A stretch of 64,000 nucleotides of DNA. It comes from Paraphysomonas bandaiensis. Its lineage: Eukaryota > Protista > Chrysophyceae. This document shows positions 24,654 to 38,495 of the stretch, piece after piece. How positions within the stretch are numbered: position 1 is the stretch's first letter; each line of letters begins with the position of its first letter. Made by a program: the position numbers and the translations under genes. The notes beneath the pieces were generated by a model. The model worked only from the letters and a program-made list of their open reading frames with translations, was not told the DNA's origin and searched no databases. Location of the stretch: the NCBI GenBank assembly GCA_965644295.1, contig CBFFRP010000285.1, positions 96,130-160,129 of the forward strand. Reading direction: 5' to 3'.

Positions 24654-27600
24654 CTAAGCCGCCTTATCGCATATAGTCTTCACGGTATCCTCATCCACTA
24701 TAAGGTTCAACTGATAACTCATTTTTGCCACTCTGTCAATGACATTAAACATTTTGCAGACTTCAGTTTGAATCAACTTCCACAACCTCGGAACAACATT
24801 CAATCCCTGTATCAATGTCAATGGTACTTGGATAGAAAATACAACACTCATACCGACGCATCCAGAAAGCCGCTAAAATGCTTATCCAGGCGCTTCCTGG
24901 CTACCATAATTGAGGACTCGATCGTTTTCCTGTCCATCTTCGACACGGCGCGGCTAACTTCCTCTCTGAAAAAAAGGTGAGTATAGATCACACTCCAACA
25001 AAGAATACATACCTGCGTATATACAGTCCCATCTCCTCAGTGGTGGCTCTTCGGCCAAGCTCCTTGACCCGGTCCGCTAGGCCAGCGAAAACAGGAAACT
25101 CGTAGGATACCATCCACTCGACGTACCTCCTCTCCGCCTCTGCTTTCTGCTCTGCAGCTTGTTGTGCCACACGCTCCAAGGCCTTCACCTCTCCCCGTAC
25201 AGATAGGCTCTCGACTAAAAACTCAAGGTTGTGAATCATAACTATATTAAAGTACTTTTCATTCTGAGAAGCAACGTCGTGTAACCATGAAAGGAGTTCC
25301 TTTCCTACTTTCGAAAGGATGTCATCGACACACTCAAATCTCTGAAATTACAATCACATGTTACAGATCATTTAAACTTCGACAAAGACGCACCTTATCT
25401 CCTGAAAACTCCTTCATTTGATCAACAAATGCTGGAAATCTTAAGAAAGGCATCAGAACGCTAGTCTTCTTTGGGTCTTCTTTTGACTGCCTGATCCACG
25501 CTATTTGCGCGGTGCAAAACTCCTGTAACCTATCTTGCAGGGTCGCCCTGGCATTGAAAAGAAGAGACTCAATTAAGTCAAAAGATGATTCCTCTGATGA
25601 TGACACAACACTACTATGCTGCTGATGCCTATCCACTAACATCGAAATCGTTACTTGCATGGCCACGACCTCAATACCATCTGCATAGTCATTTCCCGTA
25701 ACCAATTTCATCATCTTGTCCCGAAAATATTCAAATAGTTTAGTAAGGATCATAGATACCTGCCCGTAATCTGAAGCTGCCCTGTCGTTATGAATTGGGA
25801 GTATCACTCTTTGGAGAAATACTTTCTCTTTAGCAACAACATCCTCTGCAATGGTCAACGCTACAGCGAGGACTGTCCAGGGCGAGGCTACTAACACCCC
25901 GCCTGCTCTACACAGCGAGGGGTGCTGGAACCGAAGAGATGGGTTTGTATGCTTCCGCGCTAGAGATCGCGGTGCGGTTCCGAGTGTAAAAACAGGGCCT
26001 TGTCGGTGAGGAATAGAAGCGAAGAGATTTCGAAACATTTCTTTGAATAGGGGGCCGTATAGGTGACTCTCAGTGGATTCCACATAAGTGCTGCGAATGG
26101 TTTCTGCAAGCGAAGGACTCAGCGCTGACAGATGCACCAGGAGCGGAACAAAAGGGGTCACAGAGCTGTGATATGATTGTTGAGCAGCAAGAAGCTGGTT
26201 AGTGGATAGGTCGGAGAAATGTATGTCGTTAGTGTTGACGCCAGCCCCAACCTCGTTTCCCTCACTCGCCACAAGGTAGCGTCCCTGTTGCTCCTTAACG
26301 CTATTTGTCAGAGAGCTGAACGAAAACTTCCTCACTATTACAGTACGGGAACCATGTGCCTGCCCTTTACCCGGAGCTTCAGATAGTGCCCTATGCTGAA
26401 GAATTCCTTTGAAGAGTGTAGAACAAAAATCGAACAGACCATGACAAACGTGTTCTGTGAGCTCTACAAGTTTATGACGCTGATGAGACACCACTGACAT
26501 GCTCTGCAGCTTCTGCCACTGTGCCTTATCAAATGCCGTATTAGTTCCTTTGATTGCCTCAAGCCCATCACGGAGAGACCCAAGGGCAGTCACTAAAGGT
26601 AATAAGATGTCAGCGCTGTCACGGAGGTCTCTACTGTCAGCTAGGGATGCTTGAACCACTGGTCCAGGATCACGTAATAGTTTTTCATGCTCACTCGCCA
26701 GTGCAAGAGGTCCTACTAGAAGGTCAGTAATCATTGTCTTAACTGCAGATAGATTGTGCCAGCTGGTCTCAAGTGCACCGTTCTCAGCCTCGATCTGAAA
26801 GAGTTCTGCTTGCACCCCCGACAGATATCCCACCTGCGCACCCAGCCACTCGTCCACGCACCGTAGCTCCTGGTCCACGCTGTCAAGAACACTAAGCAGC
26901 TCCAAAGTTTCCCTGGCACCTGAAGTTGTACTTCCGTCCTTTGTCACTTCGTCATCCTCCCACTGCAGCAGGAAATCACATATTTCTACGTGCAGGGAGT
27001 CAGCCTCATTCTTTAGTGTGCGCTGCAGGTGCGCAGGATCCGCAGACCCATCTGATCCAACCATGCCCCAATGAAGCTCATCGAAAAGCTTCTCTGCATC
27101 AACTTCCTCCGGAGTGAACGCAAGAACATCATTCTGAGATGTTTGACGATTGATCTCCTCGAGATTATCCTCAAGATACTTCGCCAATGGAGGGTGTTTA
27201 GTTAGCGTATCATTCGTCACAATTGCAGTACCCAAACCCTGAATATCTATAGCTTGAAATTTGGCATCATTGTCACATAAATATTTGCAGACATGAATTA
27301 AAACCCAGACGACCTCATCACGTTCAACACTACTAGCTGCCTTCCATGTATAATCAATCTCAGTTGACCATATGAACGTGTTTAAGTCATTGCCTAACTT
27401 AAGATTTCTAATATCAGACATATTCCATGATTGCTTTATTTCCATATGTTTCCCTCGGTTACTAATAGAGACAATATATGCACTTGCTATCTGAGAGTTG
27501 TAAAATATAAATAAATAGTGATCTGTATGATGTTTCTTTATATGAGTGGATTTCTTACTAACGGGTGTAATTGCCATATAATAAATAATTTCATATGATC

Positions 27601-27781
27601 TCCATATTTTATCTTTTGATAAATCAATCACTTTATCTTGTAATGATTCCATTGTTGTCTTTGTATCATAATCATCATCTGTATAGAGTTTAAGTCGTCG
27701 AGATGTTCCTTTATTAGAGTTCTTAGATAAGATACCAGGATTACGTAGAAATCCATTCTTATCTTTTTTCTTTAATTCCAT
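24654..27781 (-). CDS. SEC3: Exocyst subunit Sec3/EXOC1-like; 3' introns
   Basis: PH-like N-terminus (KQSWNMSDI, YTWKAASSVER), coiled coil IEAENGALETSWHN, C-terminal helical region (VLMPFLRFPAFV, KYFNIVMIHN, LWKLIQ). Confidence 0.7.
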
Positions 27782-28341
27782 AGTAAAATTATAATGATTT
27801 AATTGGTTCGTATTGATATTACTTCATAACTTCGACTTCAATTGATATATAATATGAAATGATATGCATCTTATGAGTACACTTCATTGTTGCTATGACA
27901 GTTAGGTAGACTACATACTTTGATAGGGTATATGTATAGCAAACTAGTTGCTGTGTATTTTCAGTTTTAGGAACATTCCATATTATTCTTGATGTAAGTG
28001 AATTCAGCACCACACATTTTTTCGAAATTTTTTTCGAAACGAAACGAAAATCAGCGAAGTCGAAGTGACTTCTACTTCCCTCCTATAAATCACATACACA
28101 TTCCTACATATACATACATATATATACCATATGGTGGATATAGTACTTTAGTGTTGTACTACACTGTCTTGAGCTTCCATCTGTCTGTCTCTATACACTC
28201 TACCATACTATGGACTAGAAGGAATAGATAAATTGCACAGTAGAATCATATATATACATATTCATTGTACTCATTAGCATATTCTTATCAAATCCTTCAT
28301 ATAATCATATAGATTGAAAGTTCTTTTCTTCTTGAATATTC

Positions 28342-30336
28342 ATGCAAGGAGTTATGGATGACTCTGATATGCTGAATGTATTATCAGGATTATGTAATGA
28401 TGAAGAGAATGGATGTCTATTATCCTCATTACAAGGTAGTTCTATTATCTTATAATCAGTCTATTGTCTTATGTATGTATGTCTGTATGTAGACTATGAT
28501 CAGAGTTATCAAGTTGGTGTATGTTGGCCTGCAGAGCAATTAGGATCATCGTCATTAGATCATACGAATTATAATGACAATATGATACCTTCTGCAGAGA
28601 GCAGTGCACCGGTGGTACAGAGTGTTAGTGGTGGGAGTTGTTCACAAGTATCATTCAATGATACAACGGCAACTGTTGCCACTAAAAAGCGAAAGTGTAC
28701 CGGCACCCCGATGACTGAGTCGCAACTCATTGATGAGGCTACTGACGAAAACTTGCGTCAAATGAATATTGATCCGGATAGCAAGGAGGGGAAGAAACAG
28801 AGACGCAGAATTCGAAACCGCATGTCTGCCCAGATGCATAGAGAACGCAAGAGAGCTTATATCGAGACTCTCGAGGGTGAAGTGCGTCAGAGAGATGCTA
28901 TGATTTCTCAGCTTCATGGACAGCTACAACGAGTCCTCAAGGAAAATGAAATGCTGCGCTATCAAATGGGGCTTACTCTGTCGGCGGCGGAGAATGTACA
29001 GCCTCCTCGTGGAAATGTCGAGGAGCAAACAGGCGGAGTCGCACCAATATCAGCGGATGCCTCCGTCCTTGCAGCACAAGGCCTATGTGCGAACGTATTA
29101 GACCTTCCTTTGCCCGGGGTGAGAAGACTACGTGCTGGCACTGCTGTTACATCCAATGAGGGTAGTGGTAGTGACTCTGAGTGCAGTCTGCCGGACACGA
29201 GTGCCCTCTGGAGAAGTGAGGAATCTGAAAATGATGGGCGTGAGTCTAGTGACTCACCAATGGGCATGACATCACCTTCTCCTACTCTCTCATCTTCCTC
29301 TGCGTCATCAAACCAGTCTAATACCTACTCTCGCAGTCCCACCTTCTCGTTATTCTCCTTGGTGCTGATGCTGGGTATGAGCTTCTTTTCAGGATCATTT
29401 TTCTCGACTCTACCCCCTTCTCCAATCCCCGCGCCCTTGTCCCTTCCTCCCTCGCCACTTTCTGCCACTTTATCCGATGCTCCTGTGGGTGGTCGTGTAC
29501 TTCTCTCTCTCGCGACGGGCCAGGATGACGAAGACAACGATACGGACGCCTGGAGCACTCTTTCAAGTGAAAGTCGTGTTTATTATCCCAGTAAGAACAC
29601 CAAACGGATCCCGGTCACCAACGAGGCGCAGAGTAGTGCTCCTGTAGTGTGGAAACATCAGACGCATATCACCAGCATCTACCCGTCCATTCAGGTAGCA
29701 CCGAAGCTGCGTAATTCTACCACAATGTCTACCGAGTCTGGTAGGAGATATCTGCGTGTTGGAAATGAGACGAGCTTAGAGTCTTCCTCTGTGCCCTCCG
29801 GCCATGACCGGAGCACAAAGGATTTAGCGCTTTACTACGACAATACTTGGCCCGCCCCAGCTGCAGCTACTTCAAAGGTTCTCATCACGCAGGGCAGAGT
29901 TGTACTTGACCCATCTTTAGTGGGACCGAAGGTACTGGAGCCATCGTCTTCTCCTGAATCGTCGCCCAGTGACATCGGTAAAGCAATTATTCCGTCCTCT
30001 TGGGCCCCTCGTTCCCAACAGACTGGATATGATGATTCTTCCCATACATATCGTCGAACAGATTCCAGTCAGCTCCTCACCATGCTGGTACCGGCTACTG
30101 CAGTTCAATGGGGAGGTCTTAGTTGGTCAGAAGACGGGAGTAACAAGGCCGTTATGGAACACCTTCTGAGGAACCTCAACCTAACAGATACGCGCAATGA
30201 AAATGGAGAGTATAGTACTCAAGACATGGAAACAGCTCCGGTAGATATTTCGTCGTTGTGGGTTGAGATCGGATGCAATGTTCTAAAAGCGAGAATTGTT
30301 CAAAACGTTTCTGTGTACGATGGAAGACATTTATAA
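28342..30336 (+). CDS. Membrane-tethered bZIP transcription factor (ATF6/bZIP28-like)
   Basis: RRRIRNRMSAQMHRERKRAY plus leucine zipper; TM FSLFSLVLMLGMSFF; RVLL site; C-terminal WVEIGCNV; one 5' intron. Confidence 0.8.
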
Positions 30337-30847
30337 ATCAAATGGTTGGAATTTGAAAACGAAAATCAAAGAGCCGCCGTTGTCTGCGGATACTGTCACC
30401 TTTATATCCGGGAAGTATTCCTATGACCAATGAATAGCAGTTTAGTTTTCTCAGTGATATTACATCAGGTATTGTATTTTTTTCTATTCTTATTTTAATA
30501 TGCTGGGCGCCTGATTAGATTCGAAAATTTAGTGTATAACTCCTACCGTAAAAATTATAACGATGATACTTGTGATATTTCCATTTTCATGTGCAATTAT
30601 TTTATGAAGAATGAACAAAATAGTGTGAGACTGACATGTATCGACAGTTTTCGAAGACGCTGCCACTATATGAATTAATATCCCCATACCTTGATAGTCA
30701 TAGCATATCGTCCATTCAAGTGTTATTCAGTCCATACGGGTCTCATTGAGATAAGAGATATAATAACGAATAAAATATTTAAAAACATATAATTAATTAA
30801 CAGATTATCAAAGAATGGCAATTAGTTCTATTCGTACGACACGAGTT

Positions 30848-31868
30848 TTAGTCTAGATTGCTATCATTCAATGCAACACAAGTAACAGCTAAACTATGGC
30901 CCAAGTAGTTTCTGATCACTTCACCCGAACGCAGATCCCACAGTTTGGCACTCTGGTCCGAGGAGGCAGAAACCATATACGAAGAGTCTGCTGAAAACAC
31001 AGCGTCCCAAACCCATCGCTGGTGATGTGTTAGACACCGTGTCTGCTCCCCCCAAGGCTCTTCCATGCGCCAGAGCTTGATAGTGTGGTCTGCAGAAGTT
31101 GTTGCAAGGGAGGACATATCGGGTGATATTACACACTTCAATATATAGTTATCATGCGCCACAAATTCACTTTCTAGCTGCCACTCATCCTTCTGCATAT
31201 AAATTAAGAAGTACACAGTGCGCAATATGCTTCACGTACATGGTCTTGTCCTGCGGACTTGTACATGTAAACATTGCCCGTATGGGACCCGACAGCAAGC
31301 ATCTTAGCATCCCTGGACTATATGTAGAGATAAGCACATCCTTAAGAAAAATTGCATATCAACTTACCACTGATAAAGTCCTGATAGGAACCTCTGGAAG
31401 AGGATTGTGCTCATACCGGCAAGAACAAGTACGCAAATCCCACACTTTCATACAGCCGCTGTGGTCACCCGTTAACACTGCCGCCTCAGTAGGATGTAGC
31501 GCCCCCGCATTAATAGCACATCGTGTATCAATGTTTACTTGACATGCTGCAGTACGCAGATCCCATACTTTTATCATACCATCCTCAGAGCATGAATAGA
31601 GCCACTTCCCATCCCTTTGAAACCCAAGTTCAGTAACATTTTGTGAATGACTCTCACAATTTAATAATGGATTATCATGATTTGAATTCACATCATATAT
31701 ATGAATATTAGGATTCCCACCAGCTGCTACAAGTACTTTATCTCGAGATATTTGGAGTTTATTAATCTGAGATTCACCAAATCTCAGTGTCTTTGTACAT
31801 ATCCCACTTGTTGCTTCCCAATATCTTATTTTTTGATCAAAACCACCAGTGACAAGAACTACCGCCAT
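30848..31868 (-). CDS. LST8: TOR complex subunit LST8 (WD40); multi-exon
   Basis: VLVTGGFDQKIRYWEATSGIC, SEDGMIKVWDLR, HQRWVWDAVFSADSSYMVSASSD, VTCVALND. Confidence 0.95.
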
Positions 31869-33788
31869 GGTTGTGATAGATGTCTGGGATTGTTTGTATT
31901 ATAGTCTAATGATGGTTAGATATATGCATAGTATATGATATATATATGAGTATATACGTATGTACGTCTAGGAGGTGGTACAGCAGTACAGTCAGTGTTG
32001 GATGAGGACTGCAAAAGCAAATTTTGTGTGCAATTTATATTAATATACAGAGTATATATATACATAATACCCATATTTTTCTGAATTCCTCATTTTTTAT
32101 ATATGTGTGTTGTGGAATTTCAGGATTTCCGCATTCCGCATGCAAACCATTATCATCAACAAGTGATGCAGCAGTTTTCATATGCTCATATCTATATATG
32201 GATATGGTGCTATGGTGCAATCATATACGCCGATCCATGTCATATCACAATCTAACTGGTGCCATAACTTTTAAAGGAATATGGTTTATTGAGATTATAT
32301 GCTATGAGTAGATAATGCTTTACATATAGTTTACTTATTAGCTCTCTATGGAAGAGATCTGACTATATGCGTATCATGGATGAGCCCTCTCATTAATCAA
32401 CACGTCCACTATTAAAGTGTCAGAGGGAAACTTTCCCTCGAGATCATATGATTTCATAGCAATTAAATTGCAACCTTATTTCGAGAGTAGTTACCACATG
32501 GAGCTGCCTGTGTGGTGCCCTATTGTGCGTTGTTGAGTGGGAAGACACAACTCTAGCACACGGGTATTTTTTGTGAGTGCATCTTTATCGATTCCGACAG
32601 GGCTTTTCTATAGGTTGTCCAATAAGTGGGCTTGTCGGTTGACCTGACGGCTCTTATGTCGAGCTGGCCTAACTGCACAGTGCCTCTAATAACGGCATAA
32701 GTGTAATAGATTGTTTTTCATATGATGGTGGCACTTAAATTTCTTGTGAGTTGACGTTTCTATTATTGGATACCTTTGTATGTTTTGTGCCGACGTAGTG
32801 ACGGTGAATTATGCCTACCGCTTTTAATGTACATAGTGTGGTGGTGTTATTTTGCGTTGTATGTTATGCACTGCCACTTTGTATATGCCATAATGTAGAC
32901 TTTTTAATATGATTCCAACTGTATAAATGTATATATAATAGTTGGGATTATTTTACGAGTTCTGGCTAAAGCCTATTCAGATTTGACTTATGTTGGAGTA
33001 TTTAGTATACACAGTAGATAGCAATTTATAGCTAATTGACTATAAAAAAATATTTAGTCTTTCTGTGGAATCACCCCATCGGCTTTACCAATAATTGTCG
33101 ATATGGTAAATCTTTCTGCTCGATCTACTGCAGTTAGCTACTGCGGCAAGAAAGATCCACTGACGACATATTATATTCCAATAGCATTACCATTCTTCGA
33201 CAAGTGATGCCAAATGAGCCCACATAGTTTGTCTAGAGCGATGAAAAATTATACTTTCTAGAGATAGATCAATGACCGCGCTTGCGTTGGTAAAAACACA
33301 CTTCGTTCTGTTTCACGATCACTAAGAGTTGCATTTCATATTTGCAAGCGATTAATATTCTTGTTTTTTGTAAACAAGCAAGCACTTTACCCATCAGGTA
33401 ATCGGCTAAATATAATACCGGTTTAGTGGGAACTTTGCGTTCGGATATCTAGATGTCCGCACCAATTATTTTTTATTATTTCTGCTATCTATACTGGATA
33501 TGTTATTATAGTGACAGACAGTAATTTGAATTGCATATACCTATGTGGCGACATGTATATAATTTATATGTGATATTTAATCATTTTCGACGTGGTGACA
33601 GTAATTTGAATTTCATATACCTATACGATGACGTGTTTAAGTAGTATCAATGTATTACTTTCAAACTTCAATATACTGACAGAAGTGTAGGGTAAATGCG
33701 TTTTCAAAACATATAATTTCGTAATATGGCAGCGTCCAGTGCTCTCACTCAATTGCACATTTCATACTGCACGATCAAGTACATTAGC

Positions 33789-34484
33789 TTAAAGGTTATA
33801 TGTAATTTCCTTCAAGCTTAGAAATTCTCCGATTATCTTACCACTGGCTTGTCTATAGCCGTAAAACTCTCCTTGATTTTCGAACTCATGTCGCAACTCT
33901 TGCAACTGGAACACCAGATGTTTGGAAATTTCAGACCGCGTCAGAAGCAACTCCTGCTCACTTTTCTGCTTCTTTTTTGAGTGCATATATAGAGAATCCT
34001 CAGGTATATTCATGAGCCTTTTCTTAGTACGAACCTCAATCCCAATCGTCTCAGCAGGCGGGATACCATATTGGTCAGGAATGTAGGCTTCCAATATAAA
34101 CTTCTGATTTCGATGTTTCTGAGATATACTTGTGAAGCGTATTTTAAAGTATGCAGCACCAAATGCATCAATGGTATTTTTGGAAGTCTGGTCTACTTCA
34201 ATTATGTCTAAGTGTTCTCCACTTTCGTCCTTACAGCGGACCTGAACTTCGATCTAGATACTCAGGTCAGAGGTGTATATACCGCTATGATATATTGTGC
34301 TCACCTCAGGCCCAGCTTCATCTAAATGGATCATATTATCGTAATCATCCCTAAGAACGACATAGAACCTCACACCCGTGTCCTTTCCACCTACATCTTT
34401 GTACAACGTGTCTCCTGTATCGTCAATTGCTTGATTTGCAGGTATGGAGTGATGGATGGTAAAACGAGCAATACAAAGTTTCAT
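33789..34484 (-). CDS. Putative CudA/STAT-like DNA-binding protein; 51-nt intron 34254-34304
   Basis: Spliced ..LYKDVGGKD..AYFKIRFTSISQKHRNQKFILE..PAETIGIEVRTKK resembles the CudA-type DNA-binding domain (recall only). Confidence 0.45.
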
Positions 34485-35119
34485 TAATCTCTTTTGGTAT
34501 CTTATAAACCACACTAAGTCAATATAGAGATAGGTACAGTGGTTGTATGATGATAACAAAGAAGCACGCACCACTAGTAGTATTCTTCAATTGGGTGTGG
34601 ATATCCGGAAATGTCCGTAGAATTTCTACGTGATAAGAATTCCAAGAACAGTGTACGAGTATATCAGGTATATGTACTCGTATATAATAGTATGGTACGT
34701 AATATCCAGAAGTACGTATTTCTCTCCACTGTATATATACATGTACATGTACACATCTACAGTATGCTGTGAATACAGAATATCGAGGTATTCAGATATA
34801 TGCTATCAAAATCCCCACTATTCCTTACTCAGATTATCACCTCGAAATTTGAATATTTGTCCCACAACTCCAATATATACATATTGACTCTCTCCATATG
34901 TACCGCACACAGGCACATACTGCTGTATGTACAAGTAGATAAAGTCTCTCTCCCTCACTTCACACTTCACATATATATACATATATCTTCATACTATATA
35001 AGCTGCATATAATATCACTACCAACACCCCATAAACCCCCCCCTATATATATATATATATATCACTGTACAGTACACATACCTCATTCATATCCATACTT
35101 ACATAACTACATCACAACA

Positions 35120-38088
35120 ATGGGTCAAGCAGAGAGTAATCCTATACGTAATATGGATAAACGTACAGCACGTCGTGAATATCGTGATGATTTTACTACT
35201 GCTATACAATCATATCGTAATAGAATACACTCTATAGAAAACAATACACAGATACATGAGAATGATCATGAACTATGGAATGAAAGAACAATACGTGTAT
35301 GTGTACGTCGTCGGCCCATATTTCATACAGAAATATCGAATCATGAGTTTGATGTGGTGACATGTATTGGAAACAATCATATTGTTATACATGATGCACG
35401 TATGCATACTGATATGAGACGAAGATTTATTAATCATCATCAATTTAATTTTGATAGAGTGTTTAATGAGTCTTGTAACAACGATGAAGTATATGCAGAT
35501 ACAGCTGCACCTTTAGTTGATATTGCTATAGAAGGTGGATATGCAACATGTTTGATGTATGGACAAACTGGATCGGGTATGTATATTAAGTTGGCGGTTT
35601 GTGATATATATCTTATGTTACACTCTAGGCAAGACGTATACGATGTCCTCTATTTATGAGAGGGCAGCACGAGATCTGTACTCTCGTCTGTCAGGAGAAT
35701 ACTCTGTGTCCTTGTCATTCTGCGAACTAGCGGGTGATCAGTGTTTTGACCTATTAAACGCATTTCAGCCGGTGCAACTACTCACCGGCCAAGACGGTAG
35801 TGTACATGCATTTCCTATAGTAGAGCCGGAGGTGTCTAGTGCTGAGGAGCTGCTAGCAATGATTCAGTATGGATGCAGTGTGCGTACCACTGCCGCAACT
35901 GGCGTACATGACACTTCCTCCCGCAGCCACGCAATTTTGCGCATATATGTGCAAAGTGTGTCTAACCCGGGGAACGAAGGGGTACTCACACTTGTTGACT
36001 TAGCTGGATCAGAGCACCGCATCGATTCCATGTATCATGGTGCGGAGAGGCGGAAGGAAGGTGCCGCCATAAATTCTTCATTAATGGCGCTCAAGGAGTG
36101 TATTCGTGCCAAGGCTGCTGGACGGGATCTAAATCACTATTACAGAAAGAGTAAGCTTACTATGGCTCTGAAGTGGAGTTTCGCGGACTCCAATTCTCGT
36201 ACGGTAGTTATAGTGACTGTATCACCAGGTGCTGAAATCCTGAATCATCTATTTTTTACTTACTATTATTTTGTATGCAGCCAGTAAAGACACGGAACAT
36301 TCTCTTAACTCTCTACGACATGCTTGTATAATGGACGGACAGGACACTGAAGCTAATGGGGAGACTCGATTTGTGACAGGCGGTAAGACGACTGTGGAAC
36401 AGATTGGTGAAGTGAACGTATCTGCAATATCAAAGAAGGCTATTGCAACGAAAAAAGCTGGAGGTCATGTGGATGGTCCCAAGACCAGCAATGGCAATAC
36501 GTTTGGGAGCAACCTCTCTGTGGAAGAAGACAAGGCCCTTACTGAAAAAGAAAGGTTAAGGGTTCGTCGAGCATCTGTGAAGCGAGCGAATGCAGCCCTT
36601 GCCCCTGCATATAGGGGGCTTCTAAAGCAGGCGCGCACACAGCTTGGGATTAACACGCGCCAGCAGCAACGTTTAAACCGCCGACGACAAGCTCTTGCCC
36701 CGCCGCCTCAAGTGCAGAAACCCCTCCCGCCTCCACCGGAACCCTCCCCACCTGCTGTACCGCAGCAGAGGGGACGTGAATTCACTTGGGAACTGGTTGA
36801 GAAGCCCACCCGACCGGTGCAGCATTCTCCCACTAGAGAGAGTGACACTACTAACCGATCCCCCAATTCACATTCCACGAAAGCTATCAGCGAACCCACT
36901 CCCGTAAAAATGTGTACCCCTTCATCTCTGTCCACACCATCATCAGATGGAGCTGGGAAAACGCTAGAGGGGAAAAAAGGCCGCCGGGCTGTGCATAAGT
37001 TGCGGGCGAGCATTTACACCTCAGCAGAAGATATGGTACCCGGTGAGATTAAGAGGAGACAGTTTGGAGCCCTGCTGCGCCAAAACGGATATTCGCGTGC
37101 AGAAGTGGACGATATACTTGCGCGGGAAGAGGAGCGAGAACGAGCCGAGCAAACATCCAGAGAAAATGAACAGCGGCATGATCAATCGCCTCGGGTTACT
37201 TCTGTGTTGAGGTCTCAATCACAGTCTGCTGGATCCAAGAGAGGAGGGACTGAAAGCAGCTTGGCCCATGCATCGCCTCCTGACCCCCCTCAATTGAGTA
37301 GGCATGAGGCAGCGAAGTTGAGGAGGCAGCAGAAGGAAGCTGAGGCTCTAAATAAGCGTCGATCTATTTTACAGAAGAAGGAAGCACAGAGCGCATCTGC
37401 TTCCGCTGCCACCCAACGAAGAGATGAGAAGGACCACGAGGCGGCCATTGCTTCTCTTGAAGCTGAGCTATTGGATCCTGGTCTGACATCAGCTGCGCGT
37501 CACGGAATCATGAAACGCATTGCTACACATCGTTCGGTGCTTGTGCGTGAGGCCAGGTGGAAAGAGCAAGAGAAAAGAGAGGCGGAACGGCGTGCGGCTG
37601 AAGTCAAGAAGCTTGCGGTGAAGGAAGAGGCGGCCCGACGACTGGCTTTGATGGCTCCAGAAGGAGATAAATTAGTTGAGGAGCAGCAGATAGCTGCCTT
37701 TGGCCCTGGAGCAGCTACGGATAGACATCCGCCTATGAGAAATACTAGCCTCATAGAAAGTCATCTTTCCCCCCGAGAACGGCACGCTGTTCACCCTCCG
37801 CGCCCTAATGTTCAAGAGAGGGGCAACAGTAGTAGCCAATGGAGCCCGGTTCGAGGTCGGTCGAGTGGATATTCCGATTGTGGGACAGTTGGGGGAACCC
37901 GGAGAGGTGCCCCAGGAGTGCAGCGGTCGGATTCACTGGATAGACATATTCAAGAGAGTGCCAATGACGGCCGTGCCTCTCCTGTACACTATAGTAACCC
38001 ATCTACGGAGAGTTATTCTTATCAGCGCCGCCAGAATCCCGGTGCTGCGTCAGCCCCTTTTGCAAACGATATGAACTGGGACAAATAG
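35120..38088 (+). CDS. Kinesin-13-like motor with long low-complexity C-terminal tail; 2 introns
   Basis: IRVCVRRRP, FNFDRVF, YGQTGSG|KT, SSRSHAIL, LVDLAGSE, INSSLMALKECIRA. Confidence 0.88.
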
Positions 38089-38495
38089 TAATAGCATCGT
38101 AGGGCGTAGGCTGTATAATATAAGTTAGGATGTGTATATTTGTATTATCAATCGTTAAGAGGGATCACTAGGTTAAGTAGTGCTAACAGGACATATAGCA
38201 CTGCAGTCCTTTTTAAGTTTATAATAATTATGGGCTGGTATTAACTTGACATGATTATTCTGATAATTTGTTGAATAAGGCATTTTGCCTGCTTCGTACC
38301 TAAGTAGAATGCGATTGATGTTAATTCCTTGAAAGTCTGAGTGTTAACTATAATTTTTGTTTACCTTCTTGTTTTTACACTTCAATTGCTGAACATTCCA
38401 CACAAAATAATTACATATCATAACACTATCCAATAAATATACCCCCTATAGCAACTAAATAGTTTACAAAAATATAGCTATGGTGTACTGTTCTT

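Noticed and set aside
33510-33640. Short degenerate duplication GACAGTAATTTGAATT(G/T)CATATACCTAT
   Set aside because: Only two units and no further structure; ordinary local duplication
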